Shown: positions 1-11,990 of the stretch, in pieces | How the letters are laid out: the number at the start of each line of letters is the position of its first letter | Numbering within the stretch: position 1 is the stretch's first letter | Assembly (NCBI GenBank): GCA_977862235.1 | Contig: OZ374559.1 | Location: 2,790,001 to 2,854,000, forward strand | Direction: 5' to 3' | Source: Dudresnaya verticillata | Taxonomy: Eukaryota | Length of the DNA: 64,000 bases | Notes under the pieces: model-generated | Told to the model about the DNA's origin: nothing | What the model saw: the letters and a program-made list of their open reading frames with translations, nothing else | Database searches by the model: none | Translations under genes and position numbers: made by a program

Positions 1-1282
1 TCAGACCAGACTCTGCGCCCCCCTCCTGTAGTAGTTCTTCTTCCCGCCACTTGCATGCCCCGAGCGGGGCCCCTGGCCTTCGAGCAGTCCCGCTAATCGA
101 CCACCCGCCCCGTCGGTCAGCGACCCGCCCCGGCAGTCAACAATCGGCCTGTCGATGCCCCGCCTCGCTGCTTAATGCCCCTCCTTGTGCACGCCTGCCC
201 CGCGTGCTCTACACCGACGCATTGCCGCAAACTGTACACACAGTAAGCACCCCGCCCCACCGCTGGACATCCCGCTCGATCACGCAGTCCCCTGCTGACT
301 GCCCCGCATGCTGTCCCTCGCAGTTCGCGGCCCCCAATCCGGTCGAACCCGAGTTCGGGGCTTTCAAGAACAAGTGTGGTAAAACAAGAAGAAGTGCAGA
401 ATACATTTATGAAGATAACGATGCAATAAGTTGACTACTGTTTTGCTGGCCCTGACCCACTGTCCTTTGCAGTCGATTCCCTCTTCCCGCGGTGCTCCCT
501 GCGACAATTCGTCTTTCCCTTGCTCCCTGTGCGATGTTTATTCAAACCACGGGATGCATTCTTCAGCTCTTGATTAAAAGATCTCACGGTGGTCAACCAA
601 TTCGGCAAGCTAGAACTTGGACTTGAGCAACACCTTCTTCGCAAGATATTTTTCCTTTCGAGGATAGTAGCGACTAATGGCTGATACGAGATCCTTGCCA
701 AGTCCGGAGAAGGCCTCGTTTAGAAGCTTCTTGTTCCCCTCTTTTCCTTATCGTTCTGCTGAACGCCTTCCTTGTTCTATGCATACATCTTCAACGTACT
801 TGCGCTCCAAGAATCGAACATATGGTAAACGTTGTCATCTTCCTGTTCCTGTCTCCCGTTAGACATCGCCGGTCCCAAAGCTCCCTCACTGCCTTCCTCT
901 CGTCCAGCCTCTTTCATCTTTCTGAGGTCTATTGATCCGTCATGCTGCAACAACCCCTCACCGCCCCATCCAAGACCGTCCGATGACCAGTACGCAGTAG
1001 CTTTCCTGTTTCTTCCAAGTCTCGCCCATACTTGGTAAAGTTCTTCGTTGAAACGTTCGAAAGACTTCATCAATTCAAGCAGAAGAAGCGGCTGCACCGA
1101 TATCGTCCGGGATGGCGACATATTTCCTCTCGGTTCCTCTCTGCCAACATTGTTCTCAACTTCGATGGAATACGCGGACCTTGGACAACGTTGAAAGCAT
1201 TCAAGGACGCATGACAAATTCGTTTGTCCTTTTGATACTGTCTGCTATTTAATTGGAGTTTAGCGTTAGCTGCTAGGCGTTG

Positions 1283-1411
1283 TCAACTGTTAGCCGCAAA
1301 CATTTGGCAACGGTTAGACCTAACAGTTTGGATGCAACTTTTGGCAACTGTTAGCAGCTAACAGTTGCCCGTTTTGGCAACTGTTAGTAGCTAACGGTTG
1401 CCAACTGTTAG
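1283..1411. repeat. Cluster of short palindromic repeats (GGCAACTGTTAG-nnn-CTAACAGTTGCC)
   Basis: Perfect 12-bp-arm palindrome at 1343-1369, a 1-mismatch copy at 1376-1402, and degenerate half-sites at 1283-1328 and 1403-1411. Confidence 0.8.
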
Positions 1412-1892
1412 TATGCGTTTTCAACCAACACTGCTGCGAACTCTAATTTTATGGCCTATTCAGGTGGCGCTGGATACCCTTTTGTATAGAAGTACTCTTT
1501 CTCTTTCAGGTAGAAGCAGGAGACAGCTACTAAGTGGGAAGCCTTCTCAGTAACTAAGTGGAAGCAATATCGGACTGTTTTTTCATTTGCTGCGAGTCAG
1601 ACACGTCTCTGCGCCAAGATTGAAGGTATTTCGCTACCTCCCGGCTCTATTTGTGGGCCTGCGGGACGTAGTGTAGGGAGGCTGCGCTGGCTTGCCATTC
1701 AACCGACCATCCTGATCTTATTGAATAGTCATCGTGCTCCACTTCCAAGCCTGAGGACCGTATCGCGCTCTTTACTATATTAATAGTAACTCCAATACGA
1801 GAGCAGCGTAGCTAAAAGCAGACGACATGGCTCTATAGTTCTTTCATGCCGATAATCTTTCCCCAGTTGTCTGTTTCACTCCGCAGCCTTCC

Positions 1893-3107
1893 ATGAAAGG
1901 GGAAGAAGTTCAATTTACGCTGGGAACAAAGGTTGAGATGTCTATTCTGTCTCTTGATGTGAGTGGCTTCGTTTCAGGTTTGCGAGCCCCATCGCGGGTC
2001 GGTTTCAGGCATGTCAACTGTTTGAAAGACCGTCCAGGAAAGACTCTATCCAGACAAGTCATTGCGCGATGGCGACTTGACGTTGCTCAATGGGTCAAAC
2101 CAATGCTCTCTTCGACTCACGATGGAAACTACGAAATCAAGCGAGTGATGTTCTCTTCTGGGCACGTGAAACAATTTCAACAGGATACCTACTATGCCTA
2201 CTCGTATCTACGCGGAGGCCCAGAAAGATTTTGGCAGGCCGACTTCCACACGATAGATATCAACTATTTTCCTGACCTTATTGAAAAAGTAAGCAGTCCA
2301 ATCTGCTCCGAGGTCGAAGAGCTTTCGGACTCACTCTGTTCCGTCCCTTCGGTTCATCTTGTGCCTAACAAGAAGTTTCGTGCTGGGTGTCTTGAACAAC
2401 TGGACAATCTTTGCACACAGAATCCGGACAAGTTCATCAATATTTGGACACCTGGCCATCGTGAGCCCTCCTATGATGCCGTCTTGTTCCGAAACTCTTC
2501 CGTTCCTGTTTACTGTCGCGCAAAACATGGCTAATGTGTCCGAGCAGCGCTTGCGAATGCAGTGTTTTGTTTAGAAGGAGCATCGGCTTCCCTAATGTTA
2601 TTGAGATCCGGAGCCGTAACTGCGTCGTGCCTGGCGTATGCCGGCACCTAGTTAGAGCAACGTTCTCCCATCTACCGTTTTGAGAATCCTGCCATTCCAG
2701 ATGAATAATTCCCCGAAGTGTGGCTTGTCAACAGAAGGGAAGGAATATTCCTAGTACGCCTACTGGGAGTCAACTGCTTCAGAGAATTTGTCAGCCATGC
2801 TGTTGTCGTGGACGCCTTCCGTTCAGTCGTTATTGGTTCAGTTGAGAGGTATGGATCGAACCTGAATCTGGGGGTTCTTGATGTGTGCGTTGGGGAAGGT
2901 TTTCATGTTCGTGACATTAAAAAGATAAAGGAGCTCAAGTTACAGCCTAGGAGCACCTCTGGCTCATACATGAAGAAACGAATGTCCTCGGAGAAAGGAA
3001 GGTTCCTGAAGCAACGTAAAAGGTCAAAGAAGAGAGAAGAGGTAAGAAATGATCTTCCGACACTCTGTCGACCAACGTGGCGTATCGTCGACGATTATTC
3101 GGAGTAG
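1893..3107 (+). pseudogene. Fragmented ORF(s) of unknown function
   Basis: 213-aa ATG ORF followed by a 129-aa ORF of protein-like composition, separated by stops; no recognisable family. Confidence 0.3.
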
Positions 3108-3396
3108 ATTCTTCATCAATATGTTCTAGACTATTGCGTATGGTTTTTATGTGTTTGTGAAGCCAAAAAGAGACGAAACCCTTTTTTGTGGCGATCGTTA
3201 CTGAAAATGGGTTATGTGTTGACCATGCCATATGGTACCGCTCGGAGGGCCAAGTTCATGTTCCATGACGCGCGTCCGCGCGGATGATTCACTTGACGGC
3301 CGAACAGAACAGTGTTTCAGTGCTTGTTTATTGTTTGCACTCTGTTTCGTGGTCTGTTTCTACCGCTTGTGCATACTTTGCAGGCCATGGCCTGAA

Positions 3397-3452
3397 GTAC
3401 TCATGGTTTTAACTTCCTGGCACGCGTGCGAGGACGTTAAAACCATGAGTAC
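3397..3452. repeat. 56-bp near-perfect palindrome
   Basis: GTACTCATGGTTTTAAC...GCACGCGTGC...GTTAAAACCATGAGTAC with only 2 mismatched pairs. Confidence 0.9.
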
Positions 3453-3599
3453 ACGCGCGCGTGCGAACAAGGCGTGTGATGCATGATGCAAGAACGTAGT
3501 AGAGTTCGTTGGTTTTTATGTTCGATTTGGGTTTTCACTACGACGAGTACTTAGCAATGAGTTCATGCGCGAAACGTACCCTACATTTTCTTGTATGCA

Positions 3600-4828
3600 A
3601 TGCCTGCCCAAGATTCGGGGGTAGTGCGCTTTGCTTCTTAAGGCTTATGGTTGCCAAAAGGACTAGAATGCCACAGTCTCAGTGGTTTGTTTGCCTCGGT
3701 AGCGACTGGTACCTTCTTCCGTTTGTCCGACAAACCCCATCAACGTTCTCCAGGAGACACGCGAAGGCCTCAACGTGTTGTATCGTATCCACGTCGTCAT
3801 CTGGAGTCGGGTCTGCAAACAATATCCTCTTCTTGTGTCGATCTGCAATCAAGCATATCCAATGGTCTGGTTTTTGAGAGTTTGGAGAACTCTTAACCAA
3901 ACAGGTGGCGAAGGCAATTTCGGCGTCTGAATACGAAGTGCCCTACCATTTTCTGGGTACCGTAAGCGCACGCACGAGCTTGAAGAGATTTGATTGCCTT
4001 TCTAGGTCACTGTGGCATCTTGAACCATTCAGATATACATGGGCTAGAGGGACCGTAAATGAGTTGAGATGAAGCACTTTCTGCTCATATGAGTCCATAG
4101 CAGAGAACAGATTGTTCATGACGTTGACAACAACCTCGTCGGTCAACCATATGTCGCTTTCAAGTATAGGAATATTCTGGAAAGTTTTTGCAAGGCGTTT
4201 CAAGTGGCATAGAGACACCCTTGCATCCTCGTACTCTGAAAGAATCTCTGGAGTAACCGTACTGTAGTGGGCTCACTGACAAGATTTGTGATCTTCTGCA
4301 GTGCTCCAGGAAGTAACTCGAAGTCTAGAAGCAAGTCACCGCGATACACAGTACGGAGATGGGCTTCTCTCCTGAAGAAGGAAAGCAGAGGTTCTAAAAC
4401 CTGTCGAACTTGGCCTTCGTTCTTGACTCTAGCCAGAGAACTTCGTGTAATCAGTCTACCGATGGGCTGAAAACCTCATCAGACAGGTACATTGCAAGCT
4501 TAGGCAAACTCCACCCGCGAAAAAGTCTATCATGTGCCACCGTCACCAGTTCCTTAAGCTCACCTAATGCCCGGAGTATGGCTTTCCTTTTCTTCTTCGA
4601 TTTGCTGCTTTCCCAAGTCTCCTGCAATACTGAAACCTCCTCATGGGAACGTTGAGTATCTGGTATACTTTTTTGGCTCTGAAGGTTTTCTGGCGAGACC
4701 TTGTCGGTACCAACATACTGCTCTATGCAGCGGATAGCTTTCGGTGGCTTGAACATCGAAGCTGGTACGGCAGTGTAGCCGGGTTCCGTCAAGGAGCGGA
4801 CGTTTTCGGCCCTGCTAGACAAGGACAT
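3600..4828 (-). pseudogene. Ulp1/SENP-like (peptidase C48) cysteine protease, disrupted
   Basis: Motifs in the right order across ORF fragments: WLTDEVV, LNSF, HWICLIAD...ILFADP, RQTNH*DCGILV (His-Asp-Gln-Cys); stops and frameshifts present; boundaries approximate. Confidence 0.7.
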
Positions 4829-5245
4829 GTGGTCTATTTTCGTTCCACCTCTATTGCGGTTCGCAAGCCCCTTTCTTTCTATTTATAGAGGTAGACGGAC
4901 ACTCTTGCTCCTTGTAATTTAACTTTTTAACTTTCTTTCATGTTCAGTGAGGTTCGCGATTGTCTTCAGCGCTGCCAGTCTGCAGGCAGTCGCGACACGT
5001 TTTACATACTCCGCCATGCCCATGCCTCCTGAACGTTGTCGGGCTTGCAAGCCGATATCCGTATGGTTCTTTCGGATGTTGAAAGACACTTCTACGAGCG
5101 TGTTGTGAGATATGGGACAGTTCCGGGTAATGAGTCTGTTGTAGAACCCTATGTGAGGGAATCTCTGCCTGTGCAGATAATCTTTTGTTGCCCCCTTCAT
5201 GTATAAATCGATCTTCACAGATCCTTCTGAAGTCAGAACATCCGA

Positions 5246-5277
5246 CGCTTCAATAAAGTTGTGATGATGATGATGAT
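5246..5277 (+). mobile_element. 32-bp 5'-truncated non-LTR retrotransposon insertion with 10-bp TSD
   Basis: CGCTTCAATAAAGTTG followed by a (TGA)n tail, flanked by GAACATCCGA at 5236-5245 and 5278-5287; same 3' end as the LINE ending at 62623. Confidence 0.85.
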
Positions 5278-5312
5278 GAACATCCGATCTAACACAAAAC
5301 GTGGCAGTGGAT

Positions 5313-5387
5313 TCAAACATGGAATTCACCGGCACCGACAAGCACGGAATCAAACATGGAATTCACCGGCACCGACAAGCACGGAAT
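5313..5387. repeat. 37-bp perfect tandem duplication
   Basis: TCAAACATGGAATTCACCGGCACCGACAAGCACGGAA x2. Confidence 0.9.
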
Positions 5388-5699
5388 AGCACTACAAGGC
5401 CATTTCCTAAAATCTGCGATATTTTTAACCTATATTTTCAACCATATTATCACTTGGCCCGGCCCATTGCCGCCTGTCGCCGAAATGCAATTAGCAGTTC
5501 TGCTCACGCGCACCGCTACTGGCGTCACAGGGCAACAGAGGTTGTTTCTGGAAGCTCAATATCGCGGAAGCGACATTCGACACTTTTGCGTTGCGATTTC
5601 ATCAACAGCATTGCACACGTGCAACGTGTTGGTACCAAATCGTTCGCATCATGCACCTCGAGGTGCACGATCGTTTTGACGAAGAGCCGCGCGCTGTCG

Positions 5700-6839
5700 C
5701 GCATGCTCGTGCCGACGCAGCGCAAGGCGGCCATGTTTGCCGCTCAGTTCTCGATGACCCTGGCCTTTCTGCTGCTTCGCGCCGCCTCTCGATCTCCCCG
5801 ATATTCTTCGAATTTCTGGCTGTGTGGACCGCACACACTCTCTCAAAGACCGCCAAAGCGCCCTTCCACCTCATCGAGCTAGGCCCCGGCACAGGCGCAT
5901 TTCCCTCCACAGCCTTTCCAGCGCTGTCTTGCCTCGGCCACGCACCAACCTCCGTGACGCTAGTGGACACCAGCGACTCGCTGCGCAAGACGTAACGCGC
6001 CGCCCTCTCCGCGCCGCACCTCCCGCGGCGCGCCGCTGTCGTGGGCCCCATCACTGGAGCACGTACTGTCAACAGATGGTGGCACCCCGCCACGAAGAGT
6101 ATTCGTGCTTCACGAGTTCCTAGACGCGTTGCCCGTGAACGTTTTTCAGCGAGCATCGGATGGAGAGCCCAGCGCTGATGAGTGGCACCAGCGGCTGGTC
6201 GACATCGATCCGGACGTTGACGACGAGCAGGCGCAATTGCGCCTTGTACTCACGGCTTCGAGGACGCCGGCGCATAAACTGCTGCAGCTGCACCCGCCGC
6301 CGCGCGACGCGCGCATTGCAGAGGTTGGAGCGGAGCGCATAGCAACCGTGCAAGCAGTTGCGCGGGCCGTGAGAGATGGGGGTGGGGCTGCGCTACTTGT
6401 TGACTATGGGAAGGACAGGCATACCGGCGATACGCTTCGCATTTTCAGCAGACATGAGCAGGTGGACGTGCTGCATCGGCCGGGCGAATGCGAGCTCACG
6501 GTGTATGTGGATTTTGCCGCGGTGCGCAGTGCTGTGGAGATGGTAAGTCGAGAGGGGGCTCAGGGCGTCAGTATGGCGGGGACAGTGTCGCAGAGGGAGT
6601 TTGGTCTAAGCTTGGGGATTTCAGAGAGGTTTCGACGGGTTGTTAAGGTTGTTATTGAACACGGCGAGAAGAATGGGGAGAGCGGTGAGGTCATTGATAA
6701 GAAGATGGAGCAGTTGCAAACGGATTATGAGAAACTGGTCGGCAAGACGGGGATGGGTGAATTGTTTCAGGTGGCCACCATTATCCCGGAGAAGATTGGA
6801 GACCTTTCAGGCGGACTTGAAGTGAATTCACTGTCTTAA
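5700..6839 (+). pseudogene. NDUFAF7: NDUFAF7/MidA-like SAM-dependent arginine methyltransferase pseudogene
   Basis: Motifs ISPIFFEFLAVW, LIELGPGTG, VDTSDSLR, HEFLDALPV, LLVDYG, PGECELTVYVDF, MGELFQV; TAA at 5993-5995, a frameshift, and an eroded N-terminus. Confidence 0.8.
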
Positions 6840-7679
6840 GACGTAGGATGTGTATCGGTAGCACTACCGTGGCATGCAAGCTTCGCGAGGGCAACTTTCC
6901 TTCTTTGCAGACAGTCGAGTGCTGAGGCGATCAGCTGTATCGAATGGAGCTGCACCGACATCGCGATGGTACCGCGGTACCTGTACAGGCGCAATTGCAA
7001 TTAATCGAGAGCCGATTCGCATCCCCCGTTTCTGCTAGCAGAAGCTTCGAGCAGTGCGGATGGTAAGCAGTAATTCTTCCAGGAAGGATGCAGCAGTCTC
7101 AATGCGCTCAGTGTTCACTTCACACTCAGCAGATGCACTCAATTGAGCTAACTTTCGAACTACGCTTTGAGAGTCCCTCCCTAAGTCTCAGAGTCTGCCG
7201 GGGCTAAGCAACGCCATAGACACTAGGCGCTCAATATCATCAACACCAGCGGCTTCCACACACGGTTCCGCCCATGCAAAATTTGAAGCATTACCTGCCT
7301 TGAGCCTGCTACGAGCTGATCCCGGTTCCTTCCGCATGACAGAGCGTACCTCTTCCACCAGCGGTTTGAAGGCGGTGAACGTACGATTATGAACAACACA
7401 GGTCTGAAAATGGGCAGCCCCCGCAAAGTTGTGGCCCTCACCATCGCGCCCAAGTGAGTTTCCGATGAATGCAACCGGCGTGGCGCTGAACTTTCTTTTC
7501 CGCATTGCGCACACGCCCCGGGTAATGGACGGTTTGTAGGGATGCGCCGCCTTTTGCACTCCACAACCTTTCAAAGGCAGATTGACTCTCTTTGGGGTCT
7601 TGCTTTATTGATGCACCATTTGTTACATTGAGCAGATTTGAACTCATTCAACGAGATTCTCAGTTCTGAACAACACTAC

Positions 7680-10313
7680 TCAATGCTTCTTTGCTACACC
7701 ACCCTTACTTCCCGAACCCTTCGCAGCTCCGGAACCGGCACTACTCTTACCACATTCAGCAACATGACCAGATCCCTCCAGTACCGCGCGCATTTCCGCG
7801 TCCATGGTGGGTGGGTGCCGGCTCATTACGCTATTGGAGCCCGGGTTGGCTGCCGACGCATGCTCCGCAATACCTGCGTTCGGTTCCGACGTCTGCTGGG
7901 ACACAGCCCCATCCCTGCGAGATATCTTATTCGGACGTGAATCACCGCTCCGGGTCTGAAAGCCATTAACTGCTGCACTGCTGGGTCCGGCGTTCGCCTC
8001 AATCCCAACTGTGCTCGACGAACCCTTAAGAGGGCGCTTTCCTGCCGCGATTGCTTCTATATTATTGGCAATGCTGCCAGGCATCGGCACTTCGGGGATG
8101 GCCACTGCCTGCGTTCTTCTGTTCGGTTGAAATGGGCTGTCTATTCGTCGAATAGGAGTGCCCGGTCGAGGCGTGCGGGTTCCCGTTTCTTTTCTCAGCG
8201 GAGTGCCAGGACGCGTACGAGTGCCACGAGCATCCGGCTCGCGAATGTCAAGCACTGGAAGCTGCTCAGCGGAGCCGGCGGGCTGTTCTCTGGCCGCTGT
8301 TGTGCGCTCTTGAATAGCTGCTTCCCACGGGGGGATTGGCTGCTTATGGACTCTTTCCCCTATAGCAGACTGAGCCATGGCGTTGAAAGGGGCGTGGTGA
8401 CTGTGACCGCCTCGCCCTCCTGTGGCATATGGATCTTGATACCCTTGACTTGACGTTTGATATCCTCGGACACCCTCACCGCGTTCGCGACTTGCATACC
8501 TGCTCGGTGGAGCCCTAGTAGTTCCCATATCACCAGCGTACTGGTTGAAATCGAACGATGGGTAGCTTGCCTGGTTGGCAGCTGTACGAGTGCTAGGACC
8601 CACGTAATCGCGTTGATTTGCGTAATGATCCGTGGTGTACACTCGGCGACCGTAACCAGCGCCCCTGTCGTGTTCACGATACTATCCATACTCCAGAGCG
8701 GGCTTCTTCGGGTACATCATCCTGTCGACGATGCCGTAAAGAACCTGCTGCGCCCCCCTTTCTGTGTCCTTATGCTCTTTAGCTTTCTATTCTGCGATCG
8801 CATGTTCGTTAGCGTTGACCTGCATCATGATGCCAAGCACTTGACGTACACTGGGATCACCGTTTGAAAAGTTCCAGTACGCAGTGACGTGGTGACGAAG
8901 CCCGCGAATTGCGTCGATGTCGTGTCGGTCCATCTTGCTTTCCAGAGTTGTACTGTCCACGGTGTCATTGACATAACCTTCGGAGAACTCCATCTCATAC
9001 TCTTCCTCCGTCCAGGTTCTTCTGGTGATGTAACTGTAGTACGTTGTGTTTCCAGAGTCGCGTACGCGGTCGGCTGTAGGCTCAAAGCCGGGGCCACTCA
9101 CGGCCCATACAAACTTGCTGAAGACCGTCTCCTCGTTCACAAATCCGATCCAATTGTGCCAGTCCTTGTGGATTGCCTCTGCCTCATGCATCAGCTTCAG
9201 AATGGCGGCTGCCGGTACACCACCGATGTCAGACACTTCGCCAAGATTATCATCGAGAACTCTAATTGTGTTTGGGGTGAGGACAAACATCTTCGAACCG
9301 TAAACAGCTTCATTAAACCAAGCCAGCATGAACATGACATAATACTCCATTTGAAGTACGAATAGAAGCCTTCGTGAGCGTTCTGAAAGCGGAGGTCCTG
9401 ATTCCGAAACCACTTTCTCTGCACACTGCACAGCATCCCTCAGATCCGTAAAGAAGTAGTACAAAACTGGTGGCGTGTAAACAGGAAGTGCGGACGGCTG
9501 CTCGATATCCCAAACCCAGTTCTGGACCTTGGGATAGTACCCAGATAGCACATCGATTGGCAGCATTGACGTCTCAGGGCTGTCATGTGGGAGCCATAGC
9601 CTGTACCTATTACGGTTTAAATGCTCCTGAAAGAAGCCCGGACGCTTGCTGAAGGCGTGGAAGTGCCTTTTAACAAGCGAGTGCTTAAGCATAGGAATAT
9701 CTTGGGGCACCAAGTCGGCTACAGTGAGGCTGGGTGCATTCCCCGCTATGGCCTCCATGTTGAGATATTCCTCCATTTCCTCGAGGTAGTAGCATTCTTT
9801 CGCTTCCCGCGCATGTGTCCGTGCAGTTCGAAGAGTCGTGGGTACATCAAATAGACGCTTAGCCCGCATGAACTTCGAGAACTCGTTCATGCACTTCTGT
9901 ACGCCGACCTTTTCGGAAGCCTTCTTGAACAGAACCATGTCGGTGCGCGCGTTGGTGTTTCCTTGAACAAGATCGCGATAGCTGTTCGTCTGAGACGGTT
10001 CCAGGTTCCACTCATGGCGACCGCTGAGATTCTCAGCATCAATACTTGTCACAAGTGACCGGTCTTGGTCACGTCTGCCGTAAGCATATCGGCGATCGCG
10101 GATGCGGCGTCCCCTTCCCAGGCCGTGGCGAGTTCTTCCACGATATTCCCCTCTTGAGAACTCATCATATGCTCCACGACCGCTTCCGTGGCTGAAGCCG
10201 TTATGAAACTGGTTAGCGTACGCGTGACCATGGTCGTTTCCATAAGCGTCGCTATTAACATGGGTGTTGCTCGGTCCAGCCCCATCCCCCTGCTGGTACG
10301 GGTTACCGGACAT
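7680..10313 (-). pseudogene. ~878-codon orphan gene interrupted by two in-frame TAG codons
   Basis: ORF from ATG 10313 (MSGNPYQQ) to 8787 and ORF 7680-8642 share one frame; TAG at 8787-8789 and 8682-8684; low-complexity termini around a globular-looking core. Confidence 0.6.
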
Positions 10314-10329
10314 GTCGATATCCAAATAG

Positions 10330-11290
10330 CAGCTAGCGACCGGGGCGACGCGATCGAGTGAAGCGGGCAGGCGGGCGAGCGAGGCAGCCCGGCGAGTGGG
10401 CACGGCGAATAGTTCAACAGCAGAAACTGACCAGGACGACGCGAAGCGGGTCGGCGAGGGAGACGGATAGGCGAGCAAGCGAGCCAGACGAGCGGGCGCG
10501 TCGAGTAGAGCACAGCGTGTGGCGGTAGAAGCGACACGGGCGATGCGAAGCGGGCGGGCAAACGAGCCAACCAGGCGAGTAAGCGAGCCAGGTGAGCGGG
10601 CGCGGCGAGTAGAGCACAGTTGCTGGTAGCAGAAGCGATTCGGGCAGCGACAGGCGGGCGGGCGAGGAAGGTAGGTGCGGAACGCAGAGTAGCAGAAGCG
10701 CCCACGGCGACGCGAAGCAGGCGAACGAGCAAGCCAGCAAGGCGTGCGGCAGCGGGGAGTAGGTCAACAGCAGAGAGGGACCAGGCCAACGCGATCGCGT
10801 GAAGCGGGCTGGCGATAAAGCCAGCCAGGTGGGCTGACGCGGCGAGTAGATGAACAAAAGCGAGCGAACCCGACGATGCGAAGCGGGCGGGCGAGCCAGC
10901 CAACCAGAAGAACAAGCGAGCCAGACGAGTGCACGCGGCGAGTAGAGCCCAGTAGCAGAAGCGACGCGGGCGATGCGAGGCAGGCGCGCGAGCGAGCCAG
11001 GCAGGCGAACAAGCGAGCCAGACGAGCGGGCGCGGAGAATAGAGCACAGCAGCAGAAGCGATGCGGGCGACGCGGGCGACGCGGACGACGCGAAGCAGGC
11101 GCGCGAGCGACCCAGGCAGGCGAGCAAGCGAGCCAGACGAGCGGTCCGGAGAGTACAGCACAGCAGCAGAAGCGACGCGGACGACGCGGGAGATGCGAAG
11201 CAGGCGCGCGAGCGACACAGGCAGGGGAGCAAGCGAGCCAGACGAGCGGACGCGGCGCGTAGAGCACAGCGGAGATGCGGGAGCAAAGCG
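10330..11290. repeat. GC-rich, purine-skewed imperfect tandem repeat (~100-bp unit, roughly 9 copies)
   Basis: Recurrent GCGAGCAAGCGAGCCAGACGAGCGGGCGCG...AGAGCACAGCAGCAGAAGCGACGCGG...GCGAAGCAGGCG. Confidence 0.85.
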
Positions 11291-11794
11291 GGCGCGTTCG
11301 CGATGGCAATGGGAAGAACAGCTGCGCAGTCCTAGTCGGCGGGTGAGGACGCCGGTCTCGGAGCGCTGATATCAAGCGTTCGCTGATAATGCCAGAGCCC
11401 GAGCGGGCTCGGCCGCCGCGGCCGCGGCGGTCGGCTGCTGCCCAAAGATCCCGCGCGGCGGCACGCGCGCGACGGCCACAGGCGCGCACGAGCGCTCGTC
11501 AAGGCACTCTTCAGGCCACTGCCGCTTAGATCTGATATGAAATTATATGAAAAAGAGATGTGCCAGTAAGAGGCCGGTGTTTCCAATACGAGAACACTTG
11601 GCCAAATTAGAATGTGTACACAATGAGACGCACCGATTTAATCGTTAATTCGTCACGGGGCGAGTGATCTGGCCAACGCTTTTGACAGAAACCAATAGAA
11701 CGTACCACATTGGCCCCAACCCGGCGACAGGCAGACAATTGCCTACGGTTGAGCGTGCGCTGATCCCTCCGAGGACCCTACACTAACGTATGTA

Positions 11795-11990
11795 GAGCCA
11801 TCACTTTTTATCGTCCCGCGGACAATGCCATTGAAACCCCTTGTTGTACAGTGCTGTATCCTTGCCACGGCAAAAATGTAATTTTTATGACCGTACATAA
11901 ATAAAGTATCAGGAGCCATCACTTTTTATCGCCCCGGGGACAATGCCATTGACAACCCTTATTGTACATAACAGTACTGTATCCATGCCA
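11795..11990. repeat. Imperfect ~75-bp direct repeat pair
   Basis: GAGCCATCACTTTTTATCG...GGACAATGCCATTGA...CTGTATCC at 11795-11867 and 11913-11990. Confidence 0.8.

Noticed and set aside
1..1217. Short ORFs at the window start
   Set aside because: Possibly a decayed gene end, but no identifiable motif
10049..11489. Several 240-390 aa Ala/Arg/Leu-rich ORFs
   Set aside because: They arise from the stop-poor GC-rich minisatellite and translate as repeats in several frames
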